Below are positions 14,961 to 28,202 of a stretch of 64,000 nucleotides of DNA, piece by piece. The notes beneath the pieces were generated by a model. It saw only the letters and a program-made list of their open reading frames with translations, was not told where the DNA came from and did no database searches. Source of the stretch: the human T2T-CHM13v2.0 reference genome, Homo sapiens. Position 1 is the stretch's first letter. Each line of letters opens with the position of its first letter. The translations under genes and the position numbers were made by a program. The stretch lies in NCBI RefSeq assembly GCF_009914755.1, contig NC_060947.1. One strand, given 5' to 3'.

Positions 14961-16092
14961 GGTGCAAAAACATATCCCCAAATATGGCCCTTTGATAAGC
15001 TGAACTAAAGAATCAGTCTCAGAGTCTCTCTGACCTCATCCCGGGGTCCCAACTCTCAACATTCTGTCGCTCCCAATGCACAGGAGGAAGTTATTTTCTG
15101 AAGTTCCCTTATCTACCTTGAATCTAGACCCACCAAGGAGGAACACAATTACCTTCAACCCCTTCCCTGAAATTTTATTAACTACAGAAGAATAAAATAC
15201 ATATCACAGAGGAAAGGACTGAAAATTAACCACCACACTTAGAGCCCAGAAGAACTTTGTTTCAAACCATTGTTTTTCTCTGGTCCCATTCAGTTTCCAA
15301 AGAGAATCATCTACAAGACAATGTCTGCCTCCTGGGTCCATTCATTCCCGTCTAAAATACATTTACTCCCCACCCCCATCTCCCCTTCCTCTATGAAGAA
15401 AAGTATATAAACCTCTGGATTTAATTGGGTTATTGGAGACTCATTCTATGATTACCACACACTATGCACGTTTAGTCAATCTGTATGCCATTTCTTCTAT
15501 TAATCTATTTTCAGTGAACCTTCAGAGGGTAAGGAAAGCTTTCCCTTGGCCTCTATGTCTGCAATCTCCATTATCATCTTATATTATCTCATCTTTGAGC
15601 TCTAGTTGTATTGAATGCATACATTGTTTCATAATGCAAAGCACAGGTTGGGAATTACCTTCTCCTTGGGCTATATTTTATTCTAAACTGGATAATTTGT
15701 GTTTTACATCACCCTCGCTTCTCCTGCTTTTCACCCTTCCTTTTTTATAGTTATCCTGTTCCTTTTCATCTTGCTGAAGCTTAGGCTCCACTCTCTAGCT
15801 ATGTTTTTTTCTGATGTTTTGTAGATAACATTTTAACTCCTTTCCCACCATTTTGTTTCATTCTGAGCTGCAGTTTGAAGACAGCTTATAGACCTACTTC
15901 ACCTCATCCCTCACCCCGCTTACATCCACCTGCCTGCTTCCATAACTTGAGATCATATAATGGGAGAGAAAGTTCAGTTCAGGCAATGATTTATGTTTGT
16001 TAAAAATTTCTTAGGCTCAGCACATTCTTCTAAGAGTTTGTTAAATGTCTCATTAGCGTTTACCCCTCCTACTTGAAAAGTAGTGTATACCA

Positions 16093-16762
16093 TTGCCACA
16101 GAGGAATAAATCTGCCAAAGATAAACAAAGCTGGACATTATAGTGGTAAAAACATATTTTATTCAGTGACTGCTGACAGTCAGTGAAAGAGCTGAGTTCC
16201 TTTTCTATATACACAGAGGTAACTAGGTGTTTTAAAAGGAAAATGAACGAATATAGGGAAGGAAAAGAGGGGAGGTGCTCAAGTGGATTCAAGGAAGTCA
16301 AAAATTACAAAGAGTTGGTCAGTGTCAATGCGACTGGGCTAGCTATGTCTGCTAGCTGGCAAGTACGGAAGTTAGGATTCTATCCACCTATAGAGACCGG
16401 GAGACAGAGGCCCTATCTATCTAAATGATTGCATTTCAAAGGAATGACTCTCATCCTTCAGAAAAACACTTCCGAGTTGTAGGAGATGCATATACATCTC
16501 AAAGTGACAGAGGAATGATTCACCATTGTAAGCCCTGTCTAGTAAATGCTCTAAGAAAGGGAGGTCCGGGGCCTATTTTCAGGTGTTGGCTAGAACAGTC
16601 AGTTCTTTTGAAAAACCTGAGCTTTTCCAGAGAGGAACTTAAAAGGGGGCTGTGTCCCAGGGACATGACCTTAGGCTGCTAGAAGCCCTGCAAATGTTGG
16701 TCAGGTCTCTTAGCGCAGGTGTTTGGATGATGTGTTCTTACTGACAGGTTTTGCAGTTCTTA
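16093..16762 (-). mobile_element. Old ERV LTR, family not assigned
   Basis: LTR-like layout on the minus strand (poly(A)-signal complement near 16158; terminus like TGAGAACTGCAAAAC). Confidence 0.4.
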
Positions 16763-17080
16763 AACCTCGGAATTCTAATTGCTTTCAATTGGGTGAGGCC
16801 TATAATCATCATTTCCATTAGAAAGGGTCAGCTCTCCCGTTCTTCTCCCCAGTGGCTCTTTTTCCTAAATCCACAGACAGAAGAGGGAAAAGATAAATGT
16901 TCAGTTTTCTTATTTCCAAATTTGGGAGTTTGGTGACAACTCCCAGAATATTTTTTAACTTACCAGGAGTTTCTTGGGTCTGGGATTGGGGAATGGAGTA
17001 GCAGTTGTGCTCCTCAGAGATGATGCAGAATATTCTTTTTTCCTTCTTTGGCCTCCACTTTTGGATTATTTGCCTGACAG

Positions 17081-17350
17081 TGTTGAACTTTACCTGATCT
17101 ATGTGCTCCTGGAAAATAATGACTAAGGAGGCTCCCAACCCCTTTGTGTTCCCAGAAGTGGCTACCCGCAAAGGACCAAACTGCTCTTGCATTTGCCAGC
17201 ATAAGACCCACCTCCACCTTTCTTCAATAACTCCCTTGTTTTATAAAACACCAGGCTTTCTTCTACTTTTCTGAAAAAAAAATCCTACCTAATAAATGTT
17301 CTCCCTATTGAAATTGCCTGAATAAATAATTTCCTTAGTGCATTTTGTGT
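17081..17350 (+). mobile_element. MER92-like LTR fragment
   Basis: Starts TGTTGAACTTTACCTGA..GTGCTCCTGGAAAA; same family as the reverse-strand element ending near 20210. Confidence 0.5.
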
Positions 17351-17708
17351 CTCATATCCCTTTCATATTCTTTACCTTAGTATGTGATCCTACTCATTAC
17401 TTGTTTTTAATTTTTTGTTTCTTTGTTTTATTTCCTTGGATATTGGCAGTGAGATTATGTGATAAGGTACTCGTCTACCAACCTAAACTGGAAATCCAGC
17501 TGTAGCTTTTAAATCTTTATATTCTACTTTGGGAAAACAACATTTAAAGATGACACGCAAACAAGATAGGGAACACAAACTGTTTTCCTAGACCATCTGT
17601 GTGCTACTGACTTTCACTTGAGCCTTGTAAATGATGAGCCACTCAGACATTGAATTGTTCAAGATAAAAATACAATGATTTAATGCAGTAAATCTCAAAA
17701 ATGGAAGG

Positions 17709-18850
17709 TGTCTTAGTCCGTTTTCTATTGCTTATAACAGAATACCTGAAACTGAGTAATTTATTTTTAAAATGTATTTATTTCTTACAATTATGAAGGC
17801 TCAAAAGTTCCAGATCACAGGGCTACATCTGGTGAGAGCCTTCTTGCTGGTGGAGACTCTGTAGTTTCATGGCAGTACAGGTTGTCACATGGTGAAGGGG
17901 TTGAGCATGCTCACGTCTCTCTTATAAAGCCCCCAGTTTCAATCTCATAGTAATTCATTAATCCATTAATTCATTAAGTCATGAATGGACTTTGCCTTCA
18001 TGACCCAATCACCTCGTAAAACCCGACCTTTCAATACTGCCACATTGAAGATTAAATGTGTTTTGGAAGGGACAAATATTAAACCATAGTGTTGAAGAAA
18101 AGAGTCAAACTCTGTAAAATATTTGAAGAGATCTATTCTGAGCCAAATATGAGTGACCATGGCCTGTGACCCAGACCTCAGGAGGTCCTGAGAACATGTA
18201 CCCAAGGTGTTCGGGGTACAGCTTGGTTTTATATATTTTAGGGAGGCATGACACATCAAATATGTTTAAGAAATACGTTGGTTTGGCTCAGAAAGATGAG
18301 ACCTGGGGGGTTGGGGGGGCGGGGCTTCCAGGCTATAGGTATCTGGTTGACAATTGGTTGAGTTTGTCTAAAGACCTGGGATCCATAGAAAAGAAATGTT
18401 CAGGTTAAAATAAAAGATTGTGGAGACCAAGGTTCTTTGGAAGTCTTATGGTGGCTGCCCTTAGAGACAGTATTTGACCAATGTTTCCTATTCAGATCTT
18501 TAAAAGGTGCTAGACTTTTAGTTAATCTCTTCAGGATTGCAAGAGGCTGGAAGAAAAAGATCTAGCTATGTTAATAGAGATTCTTTACATATGCAGATTT
18601 TCTCCCACAAAGGACAGCTTTGCAGGGCCATTTCAAGATATGGCAGAGAAACATGTTTTGGGCTAAAATATTATTTTCTTCCTTGTCTTGTAATGTTATG
18701 CCAGAATCATATTGGAAAGTAAGTCATGATGTATAGGGTTAAATAAAACTCATCTGATGAGAATTCATGGTTTGTAGGGCATGACTCCCCAGACCCCTTA
18801 GACAGGAATTTGGGCAAGATAAAAAAATCAGAGTTTAGTCCTCAATAGCA
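17709..18850 (-). mobile_element. MSTC (MaLR) LTR; last bases displaced by MER4E
   Basis: TGTCTTAGTCC...CCATTAATCCATTAA...AAACCATAG, completed by CA at 18849-18850. Confidence 0.75.
18090..18844 (-). mobile_element. MER4E/MER4D-type solo LTR
   Basis: Minus strand begins TGAGGACTAAACTCTGATTTTTTT; ATAG TSD at 18086-18089 and 18845-18848. Confidence 0.8.
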
Positions 18851-19108
18851 AAGGGGCAGGAAGACTTGGTGAGAAAGCAATGAATATCACAAAAAAATTT
18901 TTTTTTCATCTATTAGGGAAAACATGTGATTCATATTCATCTGCTGCTTTTTCTCCCAGGCTATCTTGCCCCTCCTACAATGGCCCGCTTGTAGTTTCTA
19001 AAATATCACAAACACATTCCCACCTCAGAGAGTTTGCACTTGTTGTTCCCTCTCTCAGAATTTTCTTCTTCTATATATTGTCAAATAAAAGACAAATCTA
19101 GACTTAGA

Positions 19109-19144
19109 ATCACTTCTCGGCCTTCTGGCTAAGATCAAATGTAG
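19109..19144 (+). pseudogene. RNU2: U2 snRNA 5' fragment (nt 1-36), tailless retropseudogene
   Basis: ATCACTTCTCGGCCTTCTGGCTAAGATCAAATGTAG vs U2 ATCGCTTCTCGGCCTTTTGGCTAAGATCAAGTGTAG (33/36); direct repeats CAAAT(C/G)TAGACTTAG at 19093-19107 and 19136-19150. Confidence 0.88.
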
Positions 19145-19324
19145 ACTTAGTTAAGGGAAGACTTTACTCAGAAGGGTTACTACATGAAGAAGAGGGATGC
19201 TAATACAATAGGGAAGGTGCTTCTATCATGAGATCCGCAAGTATGTTCAGGTTTAGAAAAGGGCTTCTTTTTTTTAACAGGGAGGAGTAAACCAAACTAG
19301 AAAGAAACAGGTGGGGGTAAAGGA

Positions 19325-19790
19325 GTAAGGAAATATGTTTTCTTCCTCCATCACTAGGTTGATAGCTTAGGCCTCTACGACAAAAGATAGATTAACAAGA
19401 GAAAATTATACAAATGCATGTAATGTAAATTTTACATGACACAGGAGCCTTACCCCCAAAATAGGTAAACTTGTGTATTTTTATGCTTAGGCTTGGTGAA
19501 AAGTGGACAGTCATGGTGAAATATGATTGGAGGACAAAAGGGTATGATCTAATGGTAATAAACTGAGGGGAACTTAGCAAGACATGTTTGTTTACTCTTT
19601 GTGCATCTGTGTCTACAGAGATAAGGATGTTCCTTTCCTCCAGATACAGGGAAGGCACCTCTCAAATCAGGCTCTTATGACCTTCATCTGGGGGAGAAGG
19701 GCAGGGGAAAAGTGAGAGGACCTTTCTGCTTCTGCTTTTTTCTCAAATGGAAGGTGCCATATTTTGTGGTATCGTATCTGGAGTCCTACT
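19325..19790 (-). mobile_element. MER31A/B LTR
   Basis: Reverse complement matches MER31 (AAAATATGGCACC; CCATTAGATCATACCCTTTTGTCCTCCAATCA). Confidence 0.7.
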
Positions 19791-20758
19791 GGGGAAAGGG
19801 AGGCAAGCGAGGGTGGTGTGATCATATCAGATAATGTTTTACCCTGAAGTAAGCTTACTCTCAAAAGGGGTTGTTAAGGAGAGGTTGTATTCTGGCTCAG
19901 ACTGAGGGTGGGTCAAATTTTAGGGGTCTGGGAGGAGAGAAACAACCAAATTTTGGTTAACAAGTATTTTGTTCCAATTGATCAGTACAGCCAAAACATT
20001 TCACCTGGTCATTTATGAGATGAAGCCGTAAATTGGGTAGGGAAGGTCTGTATCTGACCCTGTCATAGGTAAACAGTAGGGGGTGGGTATCTGTGAATTT
20101 TATCTAAGTTTTATGTTTCTTTGCCATGATCCACTTCCCAGGATACAATGCATGGGGGCGGGGATTCTCTTAATCACTGCTATTTTCCAGTAGTAAGGGC
20201 TCAGGTAAAAGAAATGAATATAACAAAAGAATTTGTTGTTGCTGTTGTTTTACATATGAGGGAAAACACGTGATTCACATTCCTCCTCTCCTTCCAGCTC
20301 ATCTTTCCCTTACTACGTGAACTGCTCGTGATAAACATCACAAGTTCATGCCCATTTCAGAGACTTTGTGTTTGCTATTCCCATTCCTTGAATGCTTTTT
20401 CCTAAGAGATCTACACAGCTTGCTCTATCTTTTAATTTCTATGCCCAAATGTTATCACTTTAAAAAGATATTTCCTTCCACCATATATAAAATAGTGACA
20501 TCTCCCCACCATTAAAATCTCTTTCTCACATACCTTGCCTTATGAATTAATACATAATAGGTACACAACATAAATGTTTGTTGAGTGGATAAATACATCT
20601 TTTGCACTTACTACCTGTCTTTTCAACTTTAATAAATCTTCTGTGAGGCAAAGAGAGGTTATTTGGATGATTATGCATTTGAATGGGAGTAGTAATCCAA
20701 TTAAATGACAATATTTCCTTGTGATTCATTAACACGAGCAACCTATCTTTTATGGAGA

Positions 20759-21486
20759 TGTAACCACCCAATGGGTTCACCTTGCCGCTGCCTAGACAGA
20801 GCCGATTTATCAAGACAGGGGAATTGCAATGGTGAAAGAGAATTCATGCAGAGCTGGCTGTGTGGGAGACCAGAGTTTTATTATTACTCAAATCAGTCTT
20901 CTGGAGCATTTGGGGTTCAGAGTTTTTAAGGATAATTTGGAGGGTATGGGCTTGGAAAGTGGGGAGTGCTGATTGGTCGGTTTGGAGATGAAATCATAGT
21001 GGGTTGAAGTGAGCTTTTCTTGCTGACTTCTGTTCCTGGGTGGGATTGCAGAAGTGGCTGAGCCAGATTAACGGTCTGGATGTTGTCATCTGCTGCATCG
21101 GAATACAGGGTCTGCAAAATATCTCAAGCACTGATCTTAGATTTTGCAACAGTGATGTTAGTCCCAGGAGCAATTTGGGGAGGTTCAGACTCTTGCACCC
21201 AGAGGCTGCATGGCCCCTCCACCATAATTTCTAATCTTGTAGCTAATTTGTTAGTCCTACAAAGGCAGACTGGTCCCTAGGCAAGAAGGGGTTTTTCAGG
21301 AAAGGACTATTATCAATTTTGTTTTAGAGTTTAAACTGTAAACTAAATTCCTTCCCCCGTAGTTTGGCTTATGTCCAGGAATGAGCAAAGACAGCTTAGA
21401 AGTTAGAAGCAAGATGGGGTCGGTTAAGTCTGATCTCTTTCACTGTCATAGTTTCCTCAGTTATGATTTTTGCAAAGGCTTTTTCA
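20759..21486 (-). mobile_element. LTR8A solo LTR
   Basis: Minus strand begins TGAAAAAGCCTTTGCAAAAATCATAACTGAGGAAACTATGACAGTG; GAGA TSD at 20755-20758 and 21487-21490. Confidence 0.8.
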
Positions 21487-22581
21487 GAGATGGACTACAT
21501 GGATGTATATCGTACTTCTAAAAGTAAAACTGTAGAATCTAAAAATAATTCATAGTGAAGATCTATCTTAATGATTATTTAAAGCTTATAACGCAACACT
21601 ATTTTTAACCTTAAACAACTTTTATAAACAACAAAAAAATCTGTGTGTTTAGGAGAGTATCCAGATAGCCAAAAAAGTGATAGAGAATTCCATGCAGTCT
21701 GGCTTTCTCTATTCAACATACTCATTTTTTTCTTCTGAAATTATTGATATTTTAAGACATTTTTCTAAAGCTGAAAAAATCATGATTAAAAAACTTCTTT
21801 TTTACAGAGAAGAGAAAGTAGGTGACATATTTTTCTTTCTTCACTTTCTTTCAAAGGTGAAAGACATGGCCACTTTTATTAAGCTTAATGCATTTCTAAT
21901 TACAGCTTTCCTTGAAGTAGAATACTCTTCATCTGCATATTTGAAGTCAATTTTTCACTTCATATTTAATTTTTCATATTTCATTGGTAGTATAAATGCA
22001 TCATTTAAAAATTTTTACAAATACAACTTATTCTTGTAATGTCTATGTTGAAATCAGCATAACCTCAATTCCTGAAATCTAAGAAGCAACCAAGATTTTG
22101 AAATAACTGTGTGTCTGTTTTTAGGGACATACTTTTATTTTCTCTGAACAAGCCTGTTGTAGGAATTAATGAGGGCATTTGTAATGCAATTTGTTCTTTC
22201 TCAGAGAAGGCATTATCTCTGAAAAGAGCAAGAATAAGATGTAACTCTATTCATTAGTTCCAATTCACACAAAAGTTGTGAGAACTCTCCAGACAAGGGT
22301 TTACAGAAAAAACATTAAATGGATAAAAGATTTTATATCCCAGAGTAATTGAGGATATAATACAGGGCTATGATTATCATCCCTTAATAGGACTTGCCAC
22401 TCAGGAATATAAATTCTGTACAAATATGAACTAACTAAAACCTTCAAACTAACTTGATGAAATCCTCAACTGCTCTGGCCTTTGTTTAAAGCTGTGCAAA
22501 CTAATGGGCTTAAGGTAACAGAAAAATATCCATGGCCACTTAATCTACAACTGCCGATAATTGTCTTCATTGTTTCAAATA

Positions 22582-24825
22582 TCTTTATTGAGGTATAATT
22601 ATATACTATAAAATTCACTCATGTAATGTGTGCAATGCAATGGTATTAGTAAATTAACAATGTTATGCAACCATCTACACATTCCAATAGAACATTGCTG
22701 CAGTTCCAAAAATTTCCACCATTCCCATCTACAGTCAATCCCCATTCCCTGCTGCAGCCTTACATAGTCACAGATCTACTTTCTGCCTCTATACATTTGC
22801 CTCTTCCAAACATTTCATATAAATGGAATCATACAGTATATAGTCTTTTGCATCTGCCTTTTTTAACTCAGTAGGTTATGTTTGAAGTTCATTCATATTG
22901 CACATGTATCAGTAGTTTATTCCTTTTGATTGCTGAATAGTATTCCATTATATGAACATACTGCATTTTGTTTATCCATTTGCCAATCAAGGGACATTTG
23001 GATTATTTCCAGTTTTTTGCTATTATGAATAATGCTGTTAGGGGCATCCACTTACATGTCTTTCTGTGGACATATGTTTTCACTTCATTTTGGTAGGGTC
23101 TTAGGAGTGCAATTGCTGGTATGTACGGTAAATTTATGTTTAACTTTTTTATTTTTATTTTTATTTCAGTCGTTTTTGGGGTACATGTGGTTTTTGGTTA
23201 CATGGATAAGTTCTTTGTGGCGATTTCTGAGATTTGGCTGCACCTATTAGCCAAGCAGTAAATTATCTTTTGTATTTCTGTGGTATCAGTTGTAATATCT
23301 CCAGTTTCATTTCTAATCGAGCTTACTTGTATCTTCTTGGTTAATCTCACTAATGGTCTATCACTTTTGTTTATCTTTTCAAAGAACTGGATTTTTGTTT
23401 CATTTATCTTTTGCATTTTTTTTTTAGTTTCATTTAGTTCTGCTCTGTTCTTTGTTATTTCTTTTCTTCTCCTGGGTTTGGGTTTAGTTCTTGTTTCTCT
23501 AGTTCCTTGAGGTGTGACATTAGGTTGTCTGTTTGTGCTGTTTCAGACTTTTGATGTTAACTTTTTAAGAAACTGCTGAACTGCTTTCCAAAGAATGAAA
23601 ACCAGAAATATGTGAAGGTTCCACTTCCCCTATGCTTTTGCAAACACTTAGTCCTTTTTTTGTTTTCAATGCAGTCATTCTAGTAGGCATGCAGTGGTAT
23701 CTTTTTGTGGTTTTAATCTTTATTTCCCTAATAAGTGGTGATGATAAGCATATTTATCTTCACCACTATTAACTATTCATGTATCTTCTTTGGTGAAATG
23801 TCTATATGAATTTTTTGCCCATTTTTAATTGAGTTGTTTTTCTTATTATTAAATTGTAAGAATAGATATCTGAATACAATGCCTTTATTAGGTGTATGAT
23901 TTGCAAATATGTTGTCCCCAGCCTATAACTTGTCTTTTCATTTTCTCATTGATGTCTTTTGCAGCACAAAAGTTTTTAGTTTTATAAAGCCCAATTTATC
24001 AAATTTTTCTCTTATGGCTCATGTTTTTGTGTTGTATCAAAGAACTCTGCCGAATTCAGGGTGATGATTGTTTTCTTCTATGTTTTCTTGTAGAAGTTTA
24101 ATAGTTTTAGCTCTTAAAGTCTATGTTTCATGTTTCATGAATTAAATTTTAGGCAGGGTATGAGGTAAGGGTCTAAGTTCATTTTTTTTGCACATGAATG
24201 TTCAATTGTATCAACATCATTTGTTGAAAAGATTTCCTTTCTTCCATGAATTGTTTGTCAAAAATCAGTTGGTCATATATTTAAGGGTTTTTGCTTCTGG
24301 ACTCTCAACTCTATTCCCATGGTCTATATGTTTATCCTTATACCAGTACAGCATAGTCTTGATTATTGTGTTTTGAAATCAGGAAGTGTGAGTCCTCCAA
24401 CTTTCTTCCTTTTCAATATTGCTTTGGCTATTCAGAGTTCTCTGCATTTGCTTATAAATCTTAGGATCAGCTTGCCAATTTATACAAGAATTCCTGCTGG
24501 ATTATTGATAAGGATTGCATTGAATTTATAGATCAATTTATGGGGAATTTCCATCTTTACAATAATGAATATTCCCATCCCTAAACATGACTGTCTCTCA
24601 GTTAATTTATTTAGTTATTCTTTAATAATTTAGCAATGTTTTGTAGTTTTCAGTATACAAATCTTATTTGTTCAAATTTAGAACCTCCAGTACAAAGTTG
24701 AATGGAAACAGTGAGACCAGATTTTCTTACATCCTTGTCTTGTATCTGATCTTCAGGTGAGGTAATTCAGTCTCTCACAATTAGTATGATGTTAACTGTG
24801 GGTTTTTCATAGATGTCCTTTATCT
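22582..24825 (-). mobile_element. L1MB7/8-like 3' portion
   Basis: TTTATTGAGGTATAATT 3' end followed by decayed antisense ORF2. Confidence 0.7.
23150..23556 (-). mobile_element. L1PB-like insertion: 3' tip fused to an internal ORF2 piece
   Basis: L1PB1-type 3' end, then an ORF2 segment encoding KINETK..ITTDTTEIQKII; TSD TTAACTTTTT. Confidence 0.7.
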
Positions 24826-25323
24826 CTATTATTATTTGAAGCTGCCATAACACATAAACTATATGTTCTTATTTGGGCTTACTTTTCTCTCCTATTCTTA
24901 AAATCATTTGCCAGTATCAACTTAGGTAGTCATCATGGAATTTTTTTAAAAATGGGTAGGAATTTGATGATGGGGAAAAAGAATACTGCAAGGCTAATGG
25001 AACAATATTACTAAAACACAACAGCATCCAATATATTTGGGTATATATAACTGTCTTAATTTGGTCCATGGGAAAATCTGAGTGATTTTTGTAAAGATCC
25101 TGAGAGTTTTTAGAGCACTGTTGATAACTCTGGATATAGTTATGTACCCCAACTCTTTACTGAACGTTCATAAGTTAGATTTATTTAGTCTTTTCAATAT
25201 TTATAGTTATGCATATTATTAAAATATACAATACACATATTTGTTATTTTCTAACGTTGGAAAACGAGGCATATGTACAAAGTCAAAGATGACTTTATTT
25301 ACTTTTATTAAACTAGGACCTTG

Positions 25324-25325
<2 letters not shown>

Positions 25326-25359
<34 letters not shown>

Positions 25360-25370
25360 ACACACACACA
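25326..25370. repeat. (CA)n microsatellite
   Basis: About 22 CA units with one TA interruption. Confidence 0.95.
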
Positions 25371-25837
25371 GAATAACTGCAGTAATATTTCATGTTGCTA
25401 TTTGTATCTATGCTTAAAATATAATTGGCTTCAAATGACAGCACACTTAAAAAATCAAACAGTATATAAATGTATGCTATGAAAAATAACTAGACAAACA
25501 ATGCTAGTTTCTTATATAACACCTGCCCTCACAATTTTATGAAGATAAACTTCTTTGTTCAGGATACCTATGTGCCCCTTTAAGAATGCATACTTCTACA
25601 GGTTTCTTTGCAGTTAAAAGGTGGCTTTGTGCCTTACCTTGGGCCATCAAGACAGAAGCAGAAGTTCCTAGGCGGGGGTTCCATATAATTATTTTCCTGA
25701 TAAAAATGAAGAGTCTCAGGTAGCATGCAAATTTACCTTTCACCTTTCTTCATGTTCTTGCTGCCTGGAATGTAGACTAAATTCTTAGAGGTTGAGCCAC
25801 CATCATTGCAATACTAACCACTAAAAACTGCACATCT

Positions 25838-26150
25838 GATTACCAGGAGCTGGGGCTGGAGAATGGGAAGATGTTGGCCTAGGATACAAAATTTCAGTCA
25901 GATAGCAGAAATAAGTTCTGGAGATCTGTTGATAGCATGGAGACTATAGTTAATAATAATGTATTGTATATTTCAAAATAGCCAAGAGTAGATCCTAAAT
26001 GTTCTCATCACAGAAAAATGATAAGTATGTAAAGTGATAGATATGTTAATTTGCCTGAGTTTTCGTTTCACAACATGTGTGTATAAACATCACATTTTAT
26101 ACTATAAATGTATATGATTTTATTTATCAATTAAACCTTAATAAAGCCAA
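25838..26150 (+). mobile_element. L1MA8/9-like 3' end
   Basis: GATACAAAATTTCAG...GACTATAGTTAATAATAATGTATTGTATA...CTTAATAAAGC. Confidence 0.65.
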
Positions 26151-27895
26151 AAACAGGAATGTAAGGCAGGGAGGAAAACACTATCTCAATTTCTTGAACA
26201 GTTGCATTGACTCTTGCTTGCCCATTCATTGATCCCCTGTTTTGTGAAAATCAATAAACTCAAAATTTGGTTACGACACCATGGTCAACTTCTGCTACAT
26301 GCTGTTGAATACTATCCTAAAATAAAACACCTTCCCACAACCAAACTTCATTGCTCCAGTCTCCCTTCCCAGAGGTACCTGTAACCACCCATTACTGTTG
26401 TACTCTTCCAAATAAATTTTATGCATTTTATTTCACTTTAAATACATGATTTCTAGGTAAGAATTTCATCAATTTCTTAAAATTTATGATGCATTTTGAA
26501 GACACTAGAATACCTCCTGGAAATGTTTAATCTAATATAAATCTTATTTACATTCTATATATAAATTTAAAAGCAAAGCATTTCTAGCAATTAAATCTTG
26601 ATTTTGAATATGATGAATTCATTTTTTGGTATTTTTTCATCTAAAAGGAAAGCTTAGAGAACAATTGAGAAAACAGTTGACAATCTTGGAAACTTTTTTC
26701 AAGACCACAATCTTTGACGGGGCAGGAGCGGAATCTGGTACTAAGGATTTGAGAAATTATAATAGTTGTGTAATAATATGACTTTAAAACACCCCAGTGG
26801 CAGGGATTTCTGTTACTGACTATGAAAAAAGTCGCCTGTATCAGACTAAGCCTCCTACAGAGACAAACTATACAGTCTAAATAAAATATACAAAATAATT
26901 TTATGAAGGCGTCAAAGAGCAACCATAACAGACAGAACAAGAGGGACCAAGATCTAGAAAGAGGGGGCATGAAATGAGCCTGGAGATGCATGTGGTGACA
27001 TGTTTCCTCTAAACGCATTTGCTTATCTTCATTAGATCTAGAGGCCCAACCAAAAGTAGTAGTCTAGAATACGCAACAGTCTCATGAGGATGGAGAGGCA
27101 AACATTGGAGCTCAGAGCTACAAAGATAGCCTATACTTCAGGTGCCAAAACCTTAGAATTTGAGAAAATTAAAGAACCCAACACCTGCACTCAATTTTCC
27201 CTTGAAAAATGAATGAAGTGAAAGGCCAAGAAACCCAGAAAAAAATCAGCTGCTAAGAGGCTATAATGCCAAGTAGATATTTAGGCAGTCTCATCGTGCT
27301 AGAGAGAGAAACACTGGAGTCCAGTTCCTGCCAAGGTGGAAGCCCCTGAATTAGTATGCTCTAGCAATAAGGAAAACAAATATAAATCAAATTTTCCAAA
27401 GCCTAAACTACAGCCTTGAATCTTGTTAATATAGGATGAAATTGAGGTGAAATAGACAAGCTTGTAATAACAGTAGAATATTTTAACACATCTCTCTCTG
27501 TAATCAATAGAATAGGCAAAAAAAGAATCAGTAGGGAATATTACAAATTTCTTAATTGACATATATAGAACACAACACTCTAAAACTATAAAACATACTT
27601 TTATATCTTAACTTTTTTACCCTTATAAACTAATAATCAGACTGAAAGACATTAAGCAATTCCAAAATTACACAAGATTATCCTCTGAAAGACTTCAGTT
27701 TCAAACCTGAATTTCACTCCAAAATCCATGCCCTTTTCTCTAAGCCGTAATACTGTGGTAGATTTGAAGTGATATTGCAGTGTTTTTCATGACACCAGAC
27801 TTTCCTGATATGTTATACTTTTGAGCAATTTGTACATGAAGAGATGCTTTAGGGGGGAAAAGCACACACATAAAAAGCATATTTAAAAAAAGAGT

Positions 27896-28202
27896 TTCAT
27901 GGCCCATTAAAATGGGTCCCAATGAAATGTGACTGTGTCCTTACAAAAAGGGATAAGTTTGGAGAAAGACATGCATACAAGGACTATGCCATGTGAGGTT
28001 AAAGGCAGAGTTGGGGTGATGCGTCTACAAGCCAAAGAACAGTAAATATTTCCAGCAAACCACCAGAAGCTAGAAGAGAGACATGGAAAAGATTCTTGAT
28101 AGTCTCCAGAAGAAGCCAATCCTGGTGACATCTTGATCTTATACTTCTAGCCTCCAGACTGTGAAACAATAAATTTCTGTTGCTTAAAAAAAAAAGAAAA
28201 AG
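27896..28202 (+). mobile_element. MLT1B/C LTR fragment ending in an A-rich tail, with a TSD
   Basis: MLT1 core CTACAAGCCAA..CCACCAGAAGCTAG..GCCTCCAGACTGTGA; AATAAA at 28168; A tail from 28186; AAAAAGAGT on both sides. Confidence 0.7.

Larger units (their letters stand above)
13709..15557 (+). mobile_element. MER39B-type 3' LTR, split after its first 10 bp by MER4A
   Basis: TGTTAGAGTG (13709-13718) plus 14965-15557, homologous to the 5' LTR; provirus flanked by TTTG / TCTG (imperfect 4-bp TSD). Confidence 0.8.
19079..20210 (-). mobile_element. MER92B-like LTR hosting a U2 fragment and MER31
   Basis: TGTCAAATAAAAGACAAATCTAGACTTAG at the left end and GGGCTCAGGTAAAA at the right end; ~630 bp after removing the inserts. 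Confidence 0.55.

Noticed and set aside
19109-19144. Functional U2 snRNA gene
   Set aside because: Only 36 of ~190 nt; no Sm site, PSE or 3' box; flanked by a TSD
21677-22039. 120-aa Phe/Ile/Lys-rich ORF
   Set aside because: AT-rich chance ORF with a GTG start and no recognisable domain or splice context
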